This document shows, piece by piece, positions 55,883 to 64,000 of a stretch of DNA of 64,000 bases (its first letter is position 1; each line of letters opens with the position of its first letter). The notes beneath the pieces are model-generated. The model saw only the letters and a program-made list of their open reading frames with translations, did not search any database and was not told the origin of the DNA. Origin of the DNA: Candidatus Latescibacterota bacterium (GTDB lineage: Bacteria; Latescibacterota; UBA2968); contig OZ220741.1 in NCBI GenBank assembly GCA_965116885.1, forward strand, positions 4,448,001 through 4,512,000, in the 5' to 3' direction. Made by a program: the position numbers and the translations under genes.

Positions 55883-58039
55883 TTACCCCTTCTCGACTTT
55901 CCGCATCGCCCACCGGATCTCCTCTGCAGTCATATCCGGATCTGAGGGATTGATGAGATTGCCAAAAATATCTGCCCCCACCACATGCTTTCGCAAATTA
56001 GGTCCCCGCAAAAGCGACGTAATGTGAATTTGCATGTGATAGCCGCGATCCACGCCATCTGTCGGTGCTTGCATCAATGCCAGACTATAGTGATACGGCG
56101 CACCAAACAACTCGTCTAACCCACCGAGAACATCGCGCAACCCCACTGCCAGATCGCGACGACCTTCCCTTTCCAAATCCAGCAAACTCGCAGCGTGTGT
56201 CTTTGGCACAATGACCACATCATAGGGAAATTGAGCGGCAAACGGAACATAAGCCAACACATGGGGGCGATCAATGAGAATCCGCCGTCCATCCCCAGTT
56301 TCGACGCGATTGGCATCGCACACAAAACAGCGTCCCGTTTTCTCGCGATGGGATTCAAACATAGCCAATTGTGGTTTCACCATCAAATCTGGAATCTCGC
56401 AATACGCATAAACCTGTCCGTGCGGATGCGGTTGAGAATTGCCCATCACCGTGCCCCGGTTCTCAAAAATGAGCGGATACACAATCTCAGGTACCTTACC
56501 CAACCGACCGTAAATCTCTGCCCAGGCGTCAATCACCTGAATGAACGCGTCCAAAGACAGCGTTGACAAACGCTGTGTGTGATTCGGTGTATAGACCACA
56601 ACTTCGCACACACCCCGAGATGTGCGCGAGAGATAGGGGCCCAGTTGCGCCTGCGTTTGATAGGCGTCCAATACCAGCGTGGGAAAATCGTTTTCGAATG
56701 TCCATACACCCTTGTAATTGGGATTTACATCGCCCGTCGCGCGCGTATTCCCGGGGCAGAGGTAGCATTCGGGATCATAAGCCTTATCAGCTACTCCCTC
56801 CATAAGCTGCGTTTCTCCGCGCCAGGGTCTGTCTGCGCGATGGGCGGCGATATTGACCCACCGATTCCAAAAAGGATTGAACCGCTCCTCCTGCACAACC
56901 CGATGCCCTTGAGGATGAAGGCGATGCCAGTGCCAGGCGGACTCTATGGTCTCGTGTAGCGATTCCTTCGCAACCCATCCCATATCGCGCTGAATGCGAC
57001 TCGCATCGGCAATAAGCGTTGCGGGATCGCCACTTCGTCGCGGTCCAATCGTTTCGGGAATCGCCTGGCCAGTCACCTCGCGCGCGACTTCCAAAATCTC
57101 ACGCACACTCACGCCCTGTCCGCTGCCGAGATTGTACGTCGCAGATCGGCCACCTGCCAACAACATATCCAGGCTCTTAATATGTGCATCGGCCAATTCC
57201 ACTACAGAAATATAATCTCGTACAGCCGTGCCATCGGGAGTTGCATAATCATCGCCAAATACTGTCATGTGTTCGCGCTGTCCCAAAGCCACTTGCAACA
57301 CAATGGGGATCAAATGCGTCTCGGGATCGTGATCTTCACCAATCAACCGCGAAGAATCGGCACCTGCGGCATTAAAATAGCGAAGAACAACATATCTTCT
57401 ACCAGCCTCTCGCTCGGCATGCCACAACATGCGTTCATCCATCATTTTCGTAATGCCATAAACATTCGTGGGAATTTTTAGTAGCGCGATATCTTCTTCG
57501 GAGAGTTTGAAAGCGATGTGTTTTTTATACCACCTCAAAAGTGTCTCAAAATCCACCGCAGCGGGCATTAACTGACTTTTCTCAAAGCCGCCATCAGCGA
57601 TCCAGTTCTGCTGATAATTTTCCTTCAAGGGAATGTGTTCTGCGCGGGGTTCCCCATACGTCGCCGCCGTAGATGATTTCACAATGGGCAATCCTTTGCC
57701 CACATTCAATAAATTCTGAAAAGCAATCACATTATTCTCAAAATATTTGAACGGCATATCTTGAGATTCTCCTACCAGCGTCCGAGCGGCAAAATCGATA
57801 ATGCCACAAAAATCGTGACCATCAAAAACAGAAGCCAGAGCACTGCGATCGAGCAAATTGACATGCTCGAAACAAAATTGCTCTGGCCCATACACCCGTT
57901 CAAACAGGGTGACAACTTCCCGGTGTCCCTTTGACAGGTCATCCAGCACCACAACCCGGCGGTGATCTTCCAACAAACGCCGCACCACATGACTGCCGAC
58001 ATAGCCTGCCCCTCCTGTCACCAAAACAGCATCCATCAT
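55883..58039 (-). CDS. Fused UDP-glucose 4-epimerase (GalE) / galactose-1-phosphate uridylyltransferase (GalT)
   Basis: GalE: VTGGAGYVG, SSTAATYG, YGITK, LRYFN, DGTAVRDYI; GalT: RFNP..RW, RPW.G, CYLCPGN, FEN.G..MG.SQPHPHGQ; single frame, RBS gaggag. Confidence 0.92.
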   Translation of the reverse strand: MMDAVLVTGGAGYVGSHVVRRLLEDHRRVVVLDDLSKGHREVVTLFERVYGPEQFCFEHVNLLDRSALASVFDGHDFCGIIDFAARTLVGESQDMPFKYFENNVIAFQNLLNVGKGLPIVKSSTAATYGEPRAEHIPLKENYQQNWIADGGFEKSQLMPAAVDFETLLRWYKKHIAFKLSEEDIALLKIPTNVYGITKMMDERMLWHAEREAGRRYVVLRYFNAAGADSSRLIGEDHDPETHLIPIVLQVALGQREHMTVFGDDYATPDGTAVRDYISVVELADAHIKSLDMLLAGGRSATYNLGSGQGVSVREILEVAREVTGQAIPETIGPRRSGDPATLIADASRIQRDMGWVAKESLHETIESAWHWHRLHPQGHRVVQEERFNPFWNRWVNIAAHRADRPWRGETQLMEGVADKAYDPECYLCPGNTRATGDVNPNYKGVWTFENDFPTLVLDAYQTQAQLGPYLSRTSRGVCEVVVYTPNHTQRLSTLSLDAFIQVIDAWAEIYGRLGKVPEIVYPLIFENRGTVMGNSQPHPHGQVYAYCEIPDLMVKPQLAMFESHREKTGRCFVCDANRVETGDGRRILIDRPHVLAYVPFAAQFPYDVVIVPKTHAASLLDLEREGRRDLAVGLRDVLGGLDELFGAPYHYSLALMQAPTDGVDRGYHMQIHITSLLRGPNLRKHVVGADIFGNLINPSDPDMTAEEIRWAMRKVEKG

Positions 58040-58154
58040 GCCTGCTCCTCTAAAAATCTGAGAAAACATCACCTTGTACACAAATATACACATTGAACAA
58101 GAAGAGACTGAACTATTTTCACAACGCGATATATACCTCGCATTTGTTTTGAAC

Positions 58155-58183
58155 TTGACATCTTGTCATAAAGGCCTTATTTT
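58155..58183 (+). promoter_or_regulatory. Putative greA promoter
   Basis: TTGACA-N17-TATTTT. Confidence 0.6.
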
Positions 58184-58231
58184 CTACACATATAGACGAT
58201 ACATTGCCCTTTTATGTTAATGCTGTGTGTT

Positions 58232-58284
58232 AAAAAAGTCTATCTCGAAACCCAATATCGGCTTCCGAGATAGATTTTTCATTT
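58232..58284 (+). terminator. Terminator-like hairpin in the greA 5' leader (possible attenuator)
   Basis: tctatctcg/cgagataga stem followed by tttttcattt, ~20 nt before the ATG. Confidence 0.55.
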
Positions 58285-58298
58285 CATGGGATAGTATT

Positions 58299-58772
58299 AT
58301 GAATCGCGTTTACCTGACCAAAAATGGGTATGAAAAAATCCGAACTGAGTTGATCCGTCTGCAAACCAAAGAACGACCAACTGTCATAGCGGCGATCAAA
58401 AAGGCACGCGAGTTTGGCGATCTGAGCGAAAACGCCGAATACCACGCAGCCAAAGAACGACAGGCATTCCTCGAAAAGAAAATTGTCGAATTGCAAGAAA
58501 AACTCACGAACTCGGAAATTATCGACGAAAGCCAAATCCCCAAAGACAAAGCCTATCTGGGTGCGACGGTCAAATTACAGGATAAAAAAAATGGCCGAGA
58601 AATGCAGTACACGCTGGTCACTGTAGAGGAAGCCGATTTTGATCAAAATAAAATATCGACAGCATCTCCCATTGGCAATGCTCTGTTGGGAAAACGCGTT
58701 GGCGAGGTTGTCGATGTACAGGTACCCGTTGGCGTACTCACTTACGAAATTCTCGATATTTCAAGAGACTGA
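58299..58772 (+). CDS. greA: Transcription elongation factor GreA
   Basis: AREFGDLSENAEYHAAKE, IS..SPIG.ALLG. Confidence 0.97.
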   Translation: MNRVYLTKNGYEKIRTELIRLQTKERPTVIAAIKKAREFGDLSENAEYHAAKERQAFLEKKIVELQEKLTNSEIIDESQIPKDKAYLGATVKLQDKKNGREMQYTLVTVEEADFDQNKISTASPIGNALLGKRVGEVVDVQVPVGVLTYEILDISRD

Positions 58773-58792
58773 ATTTTTCTTTTTTACAAATC

Positions 58793-58876
58793 AAAAGGCG
58801 ACATTATTAGTGTCGCCTTTTTTGTTTTTTAATAACAAAAAAAAGGGCAAATCGACATCTGCCGATTTGCCCTTTT
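58793..58876. terminator. Two back-to-back terminators for convergent greA and rplQ
   Basis: aaaaggcgaca/tgtcgcctttt (58793-58821) and aaaagggcaaatcg/cgatttgccctttt (58841-58876). Confidence 0.85.
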
Positions 58877-58893
58877 AAAATGCATAGATACAG

Positions 58894-59337
58894 TCAAGCG
58901 TCTTTCTTTTCCTCTACACCTTCCTCTTCTTCAGCAGAAGTGTCAGACTCAGTTTCCACATCATCAGATTCGTTTATTGCATCATCGACCACCAGCTCAA
59001 TCAAACACAATTCGCAGCTATCACCTCGTCTGGAACCGAGCTTGAGAATGCGCGTATATCCGCCACTTCGGTCGGCAAATGAAGGGCCAATTTCTTCAAA
59101 TAACTTTGTGAGCACCACTTTATTCTGAATGCGTCGCAAAACTTGACGCCGCGCATGCAAGTCGCCACGCTTGGCAAAAGAGATCAATCGTTCAGCGACA
59201 CTGCGCAATTCTTTCGCCTTCGGCAGTGTAGTACGCACCTTGCCGTTGTCAAACAGAGATGTCGCCATATTGTTGAGCATGGCTTTTTTATGACTGGCCG
59301 TGCGACCCAGCTTTCTACCCCTTTTCCCGTGCCTCAT
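58894..59337 (-). CDS. rplQ: 50S ribosomal protein L17 (acidic C-terminal tail)
   Basis: MRHGKRGRKLGRT, TTLPKAKE, GGYTRI. Confidence 0.98.
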   Translation of the reverse strand: MRHGKRGRKLGRTASHKKAMLNNMATSLFDNGKVRTTLPKAKELRSVAERLISFAKRGDLHARRQVLRRIQNKVVLTKLFEEIGPSFADRSGGYTRILKLGSRRGDSCELCLIELVVDDAINESDDVETESDTSAEEEEGVEEKKDA

Positions 59338-59348
59338 TGGTTTCCTCG

Positions 59349-60365
59349 TTAAAATTCGTCGTCCAAAATCGAGACATGCTCAGATTTGGCAGCGACTTCT
59401 TGATATTTGCTCACATCAATGCCAAATGCGATGCCCAAATTTTCGAGAATAGCTGTCAATTCATTAAGCGACTTGCGGCCAAAATTGCGGAATTTGAGCA
59501 TTTCATTTTCCGTTTTTTGGACGAGATCTTCAAGTGTTATAATATTGGCTGCTTTTAGACAATTAGCCGACCGCACTGACAATTCCAGCTCATCTACGGG
59601 CATCTTGAGCAGTGCTGCAATGCGGCGAGTTTCTTCATCGACAACTTCCTCCAATTCTTCTTCTGGCTCTTCTTCAAAGTTGATAAACAATTCGAGATGG
59701 TCTTTCAATATGCTCGCAGCATGAGCCACCGCATCATCCGGGCGCACAACGCTGTTTGTCCAAACAGCCAATGAAAGTTTATCGTAGTCGGTCTGCTGTC
59801 CCACTCGCGCATTATCGATTTCATAATGCACTTTGCGGATTGGCGAAAAAGCAGCATCCATCACAATAGTCCCCATGGGCTGGTCTGCCTGCTTGTTTGC
59901 CTCTGCCAGCACATAGCCCCGGCCTTTTCCAACGGTGATTTCCATGTCGAGCACACCGTCTTTGTCGAGTGTTGCAATATGCAAATCGGGATTCATCACT
60001 TCGACATCAGCATCGACTTGCAGATCGCCTGCCTTGAGTTCTCCCGGTCCTTCTTTTTTTACATATAGCAGTTTGTCTGCATCTGTATGCACGCGCAGAC
60101 AAATTTCCTTGAGATTTAGAACGATTTCCGTCACATCTTCCTCGACGCCCTCGACCACGGTAAACTCGTGCTGAATTCCTTCAATTTTCACGGCCTTAAC
60201 AGCCGCCCCCTCAATGGAGGAAAGCAAAACACGGCGTAGTGCATTCCCAATCGTAGCCCCAAATCCGCGCTCAAGAGGTTGAACACTAAACAGGCCGTAA
60301 TTGTCACTCAGGCTTTCTTCATCGATCTGTACAAATCGAGGCATTTGAAAATTTTTTGCATCCAT
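59349..60365 (-). CDS. rpoA: RNA polymerase alpha subunit
   Basis: PLERGFG.TIGNALRRVLLSS, ELSVRSANCL, NFGRKSL; ATG 60365 has an SD (alternative start 60392). Confidence 0.98.
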   Translation of the reverse strand: MDAKNFQMPRFVQIDEESLSDNYGLFSVQPLERGFGATIGNALRRVLLSSIEGAAVKAVKIEGIQHEFTVVEGVEEDVTEIVLNLKEICLRVHTDADKLLYVKKEGPGELKAGDLQVDADVEVMNPDLHIATLDKDGVLDMEITVGKGRGYVLAEANKQADQPMGTIVMDAAFSPIRKVHYEIDNARVGQQTDYDKLSLAVWTNSVVRPDDAVAHAASILKDHLELFINFEEEPEEELEEVVDEETRRIAALLKMPVDELELSVRSANCLKAANIITLEDLVQKTENEMLKFRNFGRKSLNELTAILENLGIAFGIDVSKYQEVAAKSEHVSILDDEF

Positions 60366-60391
60366 AAACAAAAGCTCCTGGTGCGCGTCCA

Positions 60392-61021
60392 TTACTTGGA
60401 GTAAAGCTCAACAATGAGCTGCTCTTCAACAGGCGTCGGTATATCATCTCGCTTTGGATATTCTACAAGCGTACCACTCAAGTTCACTTTATCTACCGAA
60501 AGCCAAGACGATTGACCTCCATCACCTGTGCGCTTGAGTGCATCGTGAATAAGTTGCAATTGGCGACTTTTTTCTCGCACCTGCACAGTATCTCCCGGCG
60601 AAACCTGGAATGAGGGAATATCCACGGTTCGTCCATTGACAGCAATGTGGCGATGCCTCACGAGTTGCCGCGCTGATTTTCGAGATGGCGCAAAACCCAA
60701 ACGATATATCATGTTGTCCAGGCGACATTCGAGCATCTGCAAAAGCAACTCACCCGTCACACCCTTTCTGCGAGCGGCTTTTGAATAATACGTGCGAAAC
60801 TGGTTTTCCAGCACACCGTAGATACGCTTTGTTTTTTGTTTTTCTCGGAGTTGAAGTGCGTATTCCGATGGCTTCCGACGCATGTTTTGTCCATGCATGC
60901 CGGGCGCATAACTTCGTCGGTCAAATGAACATTTATCCATTTGACACCGCGCACCTTTGAGAAACAATTTCATACCTTCTCGTCGGCACAATTTACAACT
61001 TGAGCCAGTGTATCTCGCCAT
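60392..61021 (-). CDS. rpsD: 30S ribosomal protein S4 (Cys-containing type)
   Basis: MARYTG..CKLCRREG, QLREKQK, LE.RLDN, IVELYSK. Confidence 0.98.
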   Translation of the reverse strand: MARYTGSSCKLCRREGMKLFLKGARCQMDKCSFDRRSYAPGMHGQNMRRKPSEYALQLREKQKTKRIYGVLENQFRTYYSKAARRKGVTGELLLQMLECRLDNMIYRLGFAPSRKSARQLVRHRHIAVNGRTVDIPSFQVSPGDTVQVREKSRQLQLIHDALKRTGDGGQSSWLSVDKVNLSGTLVEYPKRDDIPTPVEEQLIVELYSK

Positions 61022-61044
61022 TCAATATCTCCCTGTTTTCTGTG

Positions 61045-61428
61045 TTAAACGCGACGTCGCTTAGGAGGGCGGCACCCATTGTGTGGAATTGGCGTAACAT
61101 CTTTGATCGCTGAAATTTCCAATCCAGCCCCCTGTAGCGATCGCACGGCGGCTTCTCGTCCAACGCCAGGTCCTTTGACCCAGACTTCCACCCGACGCAA
61201 CCCCATTGCCATCGCCTCTCGCGCCGCATCCGTAGCAGCCAACTGAGCAGCATAGGGTGTACTTTTTCTCGATCCCTTAAACCCCACTTTTCCCGTTGAT
61301 GACCAGGAAATAACTCTGCCTTCACGATCACTCAGGGTGACAATAGTATTGTTAAAACTGGCATTGACATGTGCGACGCCATGAGCTTCAACGCGTCTAT
61401 TCCGTCGTCTCCCTCTTCTGACTGCCAA
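61045..61428 (-). CDS. rpsK: 30S ribosomal protein S11
   Basis: [37 protein letters not shown]. Confidence 0.98.
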   Translation of the reverse strand: MAVRRGRRRNRRVEAHGVAHVNASFNNTIVTLSDREGRVISWSSTGKVGFKGSRKSTPYAAQLAATDAAREAMAMGLRRVEVWVKGPGVGREAAVRSLQGAGLEISAIKDVTPIPHNGCRPPKRRRV

Positions 61429-61459
61429 ACGACTCCTCCTTTAATTGTCCTGCGTTTAG

Positions 61460-61834
61460 TTATACAGTTCGTCTTCGACTGCCAATACCGGGTTTCTTTC
61501 CCTTGCGCGTCCTGGCATTGGTGCGCGTCCGCTGGCCTCTCACCGGCAATCCCCGACGCCACCGCAAACCGCGATAGCATCCAATATCCATCAGTCGCTT
61601 GATGTTCATTGCAACTTCGCTTCGCAGGTTTCCTTCAACCTTGTATTCGCCTTCAACAACTGAGCGCAATTTAGCGACTTCCTCATCAGTCAAAGTATCT
61701 ACGCGCGTATCAGGCGAAATCTGCGTCTGTGTCAAAATTTTTTGTGACGTACTCAAACCAATGCCCAAAATATATGTCAACGCAACTTCCACGCGCTTTT
61801 CTCTGGGAATATCTACACCTGCAATTCGGGCCAT
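61460..61834 (-). CDS. rpsM: 30S ribosomal protein S13
   Basis: [28 protein letters not shown]. Confidence 0.98.
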   Translation of the reverse strand: MARIAGVDIPREKRVEVALTYILGIGLSTSQKILTQTQISPDTRVDTLTDEEVAKLRSVVEGEYKVEGNLRSEVAMNIKRLMDIGCYRGLRWRRGLPVRGQRTRTNARTRKGKKPGIGSRRRTV

Positions 61835-61855
61835 GTGATTGCGTCTCCTATGAGG

Positions 61856-61972
61856 TTATCCCTGTCGCTGTTTATGTCGCGGATTGACTTTGCAAATCAC
61901 GCGTACAACACCGCGTCGGCGAATAATTTTGCAGTGATTGCAACGACGGCGAACAGATGATTGGACTTTCAT
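61856..61972 (-). CDS. rpmJ: 50S ribosomal protein L36 (zinc-ribbon type; absent from the ORF track)
   Basis: Manual translation [38 protein letters not shown]. Confidence 0.97.
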   Translation of the reverse strand: MKVQSSVRRRCNHCKIIRRRGVVRVICKVNPRHKQRQG

Positions 61973-61998
61973 AAATAAATCTCCAGCATAAAAATAAA

Positions 61999-63342
61999 TC
62001 AGGCTCGGCGCCCTCGAATACGACCTTTTTTCATAAACCCATCGTAGTGGCGCATCAACAAATGCGATTCAACCTGCTGTAAAGTATCGAGTGCCACACC
62101 GACCATAATCAACAAACCCGTGCCGCCAAACACTTGCTCGAGACCAGGATGAACCCCCATAGAATTTATAATAAAGTATGGGCCAACGGCTATTGCAGCT
62201 AAGAAAATTGCACCTGGCATGTTGATCCGCGTAAGCACCCGGTCAATAAAGTCTGAGGTGCGTTTGCCCGGTCTGACGCCGGGAATAAATCCGCCTTGCC
62301 GTTTCATATTATCAGCCAGATCAATCGGATTAAACACAATGGCGGTATAAAAGTAAGCAAAGAAAATGACCAGCAATGAGTAAATCGACCAGTAGGGCAA
62401 TGACACCCAGGACATACTCGGCGTAAAAGCAGCCGCGAAATTTTGCATAAATTCATTATTAGGAGCAAATCCGGCCATTGTCGCAGGCAAAAACATAATG
62501 GCCTGAGCAAAAATAATAGGCATCACGCCAGAAGTATTGACTTTAAGCGGTATATGTGTGCTTTGCCCACCATATACCCGCCGCCCAACGACGCGTTTGG
62601 CGTATTGTACCGGAATTCTACGCGTACCCTGTGTGATGAGTACCACCAGGGCGGTCAATGCAACAACGATAACTAAAACAGCTATTTCGATCAAAATTGG
62701 TTTGTCATTGGTCACAAAATCCCGATATTCCTGCCGCACGACAAAGGGCAATGCCGCAATAATGCCAATAAAAATGAGTAGCGACATCCCATTGCCGATG
62801 CCGTGTGCATCAATCTGTTCGCCCAACCACATAATTAACACGGTTCCGGCAGTAATTGTCAATACAGTCAACAGACGGAAGCCCCACCCGGGATAGAGTA
62901 CAACCGAAAGGCCGGTTTCTGGCGACTGAAGGCTTTCCAGAAAAAAACTCACGCCCAGAGACTGCGCTGCTGCCAGTGCAACTGTGCCATACCGCGTATA
63001 TTGAATGATCTTTTTGCGCCCCGCTTCACCTTCTTTTTGCAACTTTTGGAGGGATGGCACCACAGCACCCATCAATTGAAAAATAATGGACGCACTAATA
63101 TAAGGCATAATACCCAGAGCAAATACCGTTGCACGGGTAAACGCCCCACCTACAAACATGTCGTAGAGGCCAAAGATCGTCTGGCTGGTGCCTGCAAAAA
63201 ATTCACCCAGGGCAACCCGGTCTATTCCGGGTATGGGAATCTGCCCACCCAGGCGATAAATCGCCAGAATACCCAGCGTAAATAATACCTTATTTCGCAA
63301 TTCCGGAATCTTAAAAACGCTCTTGACGCTCTCGAGCAACAC
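61999..63342 (-). CDS. secY: Preprotein translocase SecY
   Basis: [51 protein letters not shown]. Confidence 0.98.
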   Translation of the reverse strand: MLLESVKSVFKIPELRNKVLFTLGILAIYRLGGQIPIPGIDRVALGEFFAGTSQTIFGLYDMFVGGAFTRATVFALGIMPYISASIIFQLMGAVVPSLQKLQKEGEAGRKKIIQYTRYGTVALAAAQSLGVSFFLESLQSPETGLSVVLYPGWGFRLLTVLTITAGTVLIMWLGEQIDAHGIGNGMSLLIFIGIIAALPFVVRQEYRDFVTNDKPILIEIAVLVIVVALTALVVLITQGTRRIPVQYAKRVVGRRVYGGQSTHIPLKVNTSGVMPIIFAQAIMFLPATMAGFAPNNEFMQNFAAAFTPSMSWVSLPYWSIYSLLVIFFAYFYTAIVFNPIDLADNMKRQGGFIPGVRPGKRTSDFIDRVLTRINMPGAIFLAAIAVGPYFIINSMGVHPGLEQVFGGTGLLIMVGVALDTLQQVESHLLMRHYDGFMKKGRIRGRRA

Positions 63343-63361
63343 CGCCTCCTCTCAGCCGTGC

Positions 63362-63826
63362 TCAGTCGGTTTTGGCCGCGCCACCGATGTTGGCCTCAAC
63401 TTGTCCCCCAGCTGCAAGAACTTTTTTTGCTGCTGCAGCTGATATCGCCTGAACCCGAATCTGTAATGGTGCAGAAATTTCGCCTCGTCCCAAAATCTTC
63501 ACAGGGCGTTTTGTAGAGGCAATCAAACCTGCGGTTTTGAGCACTTCAGGGGTAATCTCACCCGAAAGTTCTCTTTTCGCCAGATCGTCGAGATTTACGA
63601 CCTGATAGGTCACCCGAAAAGGATTGTTAAACCCAACTTTCGGCAAGCGCTGCTGCAGGGGCATTTGTCCCCCTTCAAACCAAACTTTGCGCTTGGATCC
63701 CGAGCGCGCCCGCTGTCCTTTGTGCCCTTTACCCGCAGTTTTACCTGTTCCGGAGCCAGGACCAATGCCCAAACGTTTCTTCTTAAAAGTTGCCCCTTTG
63801 GGCGGAGAGAGATTCCCAAGTTTCAT
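63362..63826 (-). CDS. rplO: 50S ribosomal protein L15
   Basis: GSGTGKTAGKGHKGQRAR, FEGGQMPL; start at ATG 63826. Confidence 0.97.
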   Translation of the reverse strand: MKLGNLSPPKGATFKKKRLGIGPGSGTGKTAGKGHKGQRARSGSKRKVWFEGGQMPLQQRLPKVGFNNPFRVTYQVVNLDDLAKRELSGEITPEVLKTAGLIASTKRPVKILGRGEISAPLQIRVQAISAAAAKKVLAAGGQVEANIGGAAKTD

Positions 63827-63842
63827 TCTCGCATCCCGCGTT

Positions 63843-64000
63843 TTATGTTTCTTCAACTTTGACCAGATGTGCAACAGTCGCCAACATGCCGCGCAATTGT
63901 GGAGAGTCAGCGTGTTCCACAGTATGCCGAATGCGGCGAATTCCCAACGCATCCAGAGTTTGTTGTTGTTTTTTTTGCCTCTTAATTGCACTGCGAATTT
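63843..64000 (-). CDS. rpmD: 50S ribosomal protein L30 (5'-truncated by window edge)
   Basis: Manual translation ...IRSAIKRQKKQQQTLDALGIRRIRHTVEHADSPQLRGMLATVAHLVKVEET. Confidence 0.93.
   Translation of the reverse strand, partial: IRSAIKRQKKQQQTLDALGIRRIRHTVEHADSPQLRGMLATVAHLVKVEET

Noticed and set aside
63827..63991. 55-aa N-terminal extension of L15 in the ORF track
   Set aside because: Overlaps rpmD in another frame; L15 similarity starts at ATG 63826
1..64000. tRNA, rRNA, tmRNA or IS elements
   Set aside because: No cloverleaf, rRNA-like tract or transposase recognised in the short intergenic gaps; a covariance-model scan would be needed to exclude small RNAs

Overview
Chromosomal window from a diderm bacterium, probably FCB superphylum (inferred from SprA, PorV, CTD-cargo and GWxTD genes; the phylum cannot be fixed from sequence alone). 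No rRNA, tRNA, CRISPR array, transposase or prophage was seen. Left end: a sprA-comEA-pilM-like-NYN-obgE operon divergent from lptFG, then a sulfatase, UPF0182, oxidoreductases and AGCS and SulP transporters. Middle: a ~17 kb uptake/catabolism locus (TonB-dependent receptor, T9SS-CTD protein, PorV-like barrel, two paralogous DUF6785-like membrane proteins bracketing a Tat phosphotriesterase-family hydrolase, a Tat sulfatase and a GPH transporter, plus a convergent GC-rich lyase-like gene). Then ctaB with an ABC exporter, a family-B DNA polymerase with a beta-clamp motif, a TlpA/BlaI/BlaR1-redoxin module, a GWxTD protein, a VapBC-type pair, a GalE-GalT fusion with galK, greA, and the distal spc/alpha ribosomal operon. 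Best leads: (1) a SusD-less TBDR/CTD-cargo/PorV uptake system, (2) the GalE-GalT fusion with a ~44-aa insertion, (3) a covarying tandem-hairpin element upstream of sulP, (4) a BlaR1-thioredoxin sensor with an internally deleted stand-alone copy and a visible operator pair. Family calls come from recognising motifs by eye; no database searches were run.
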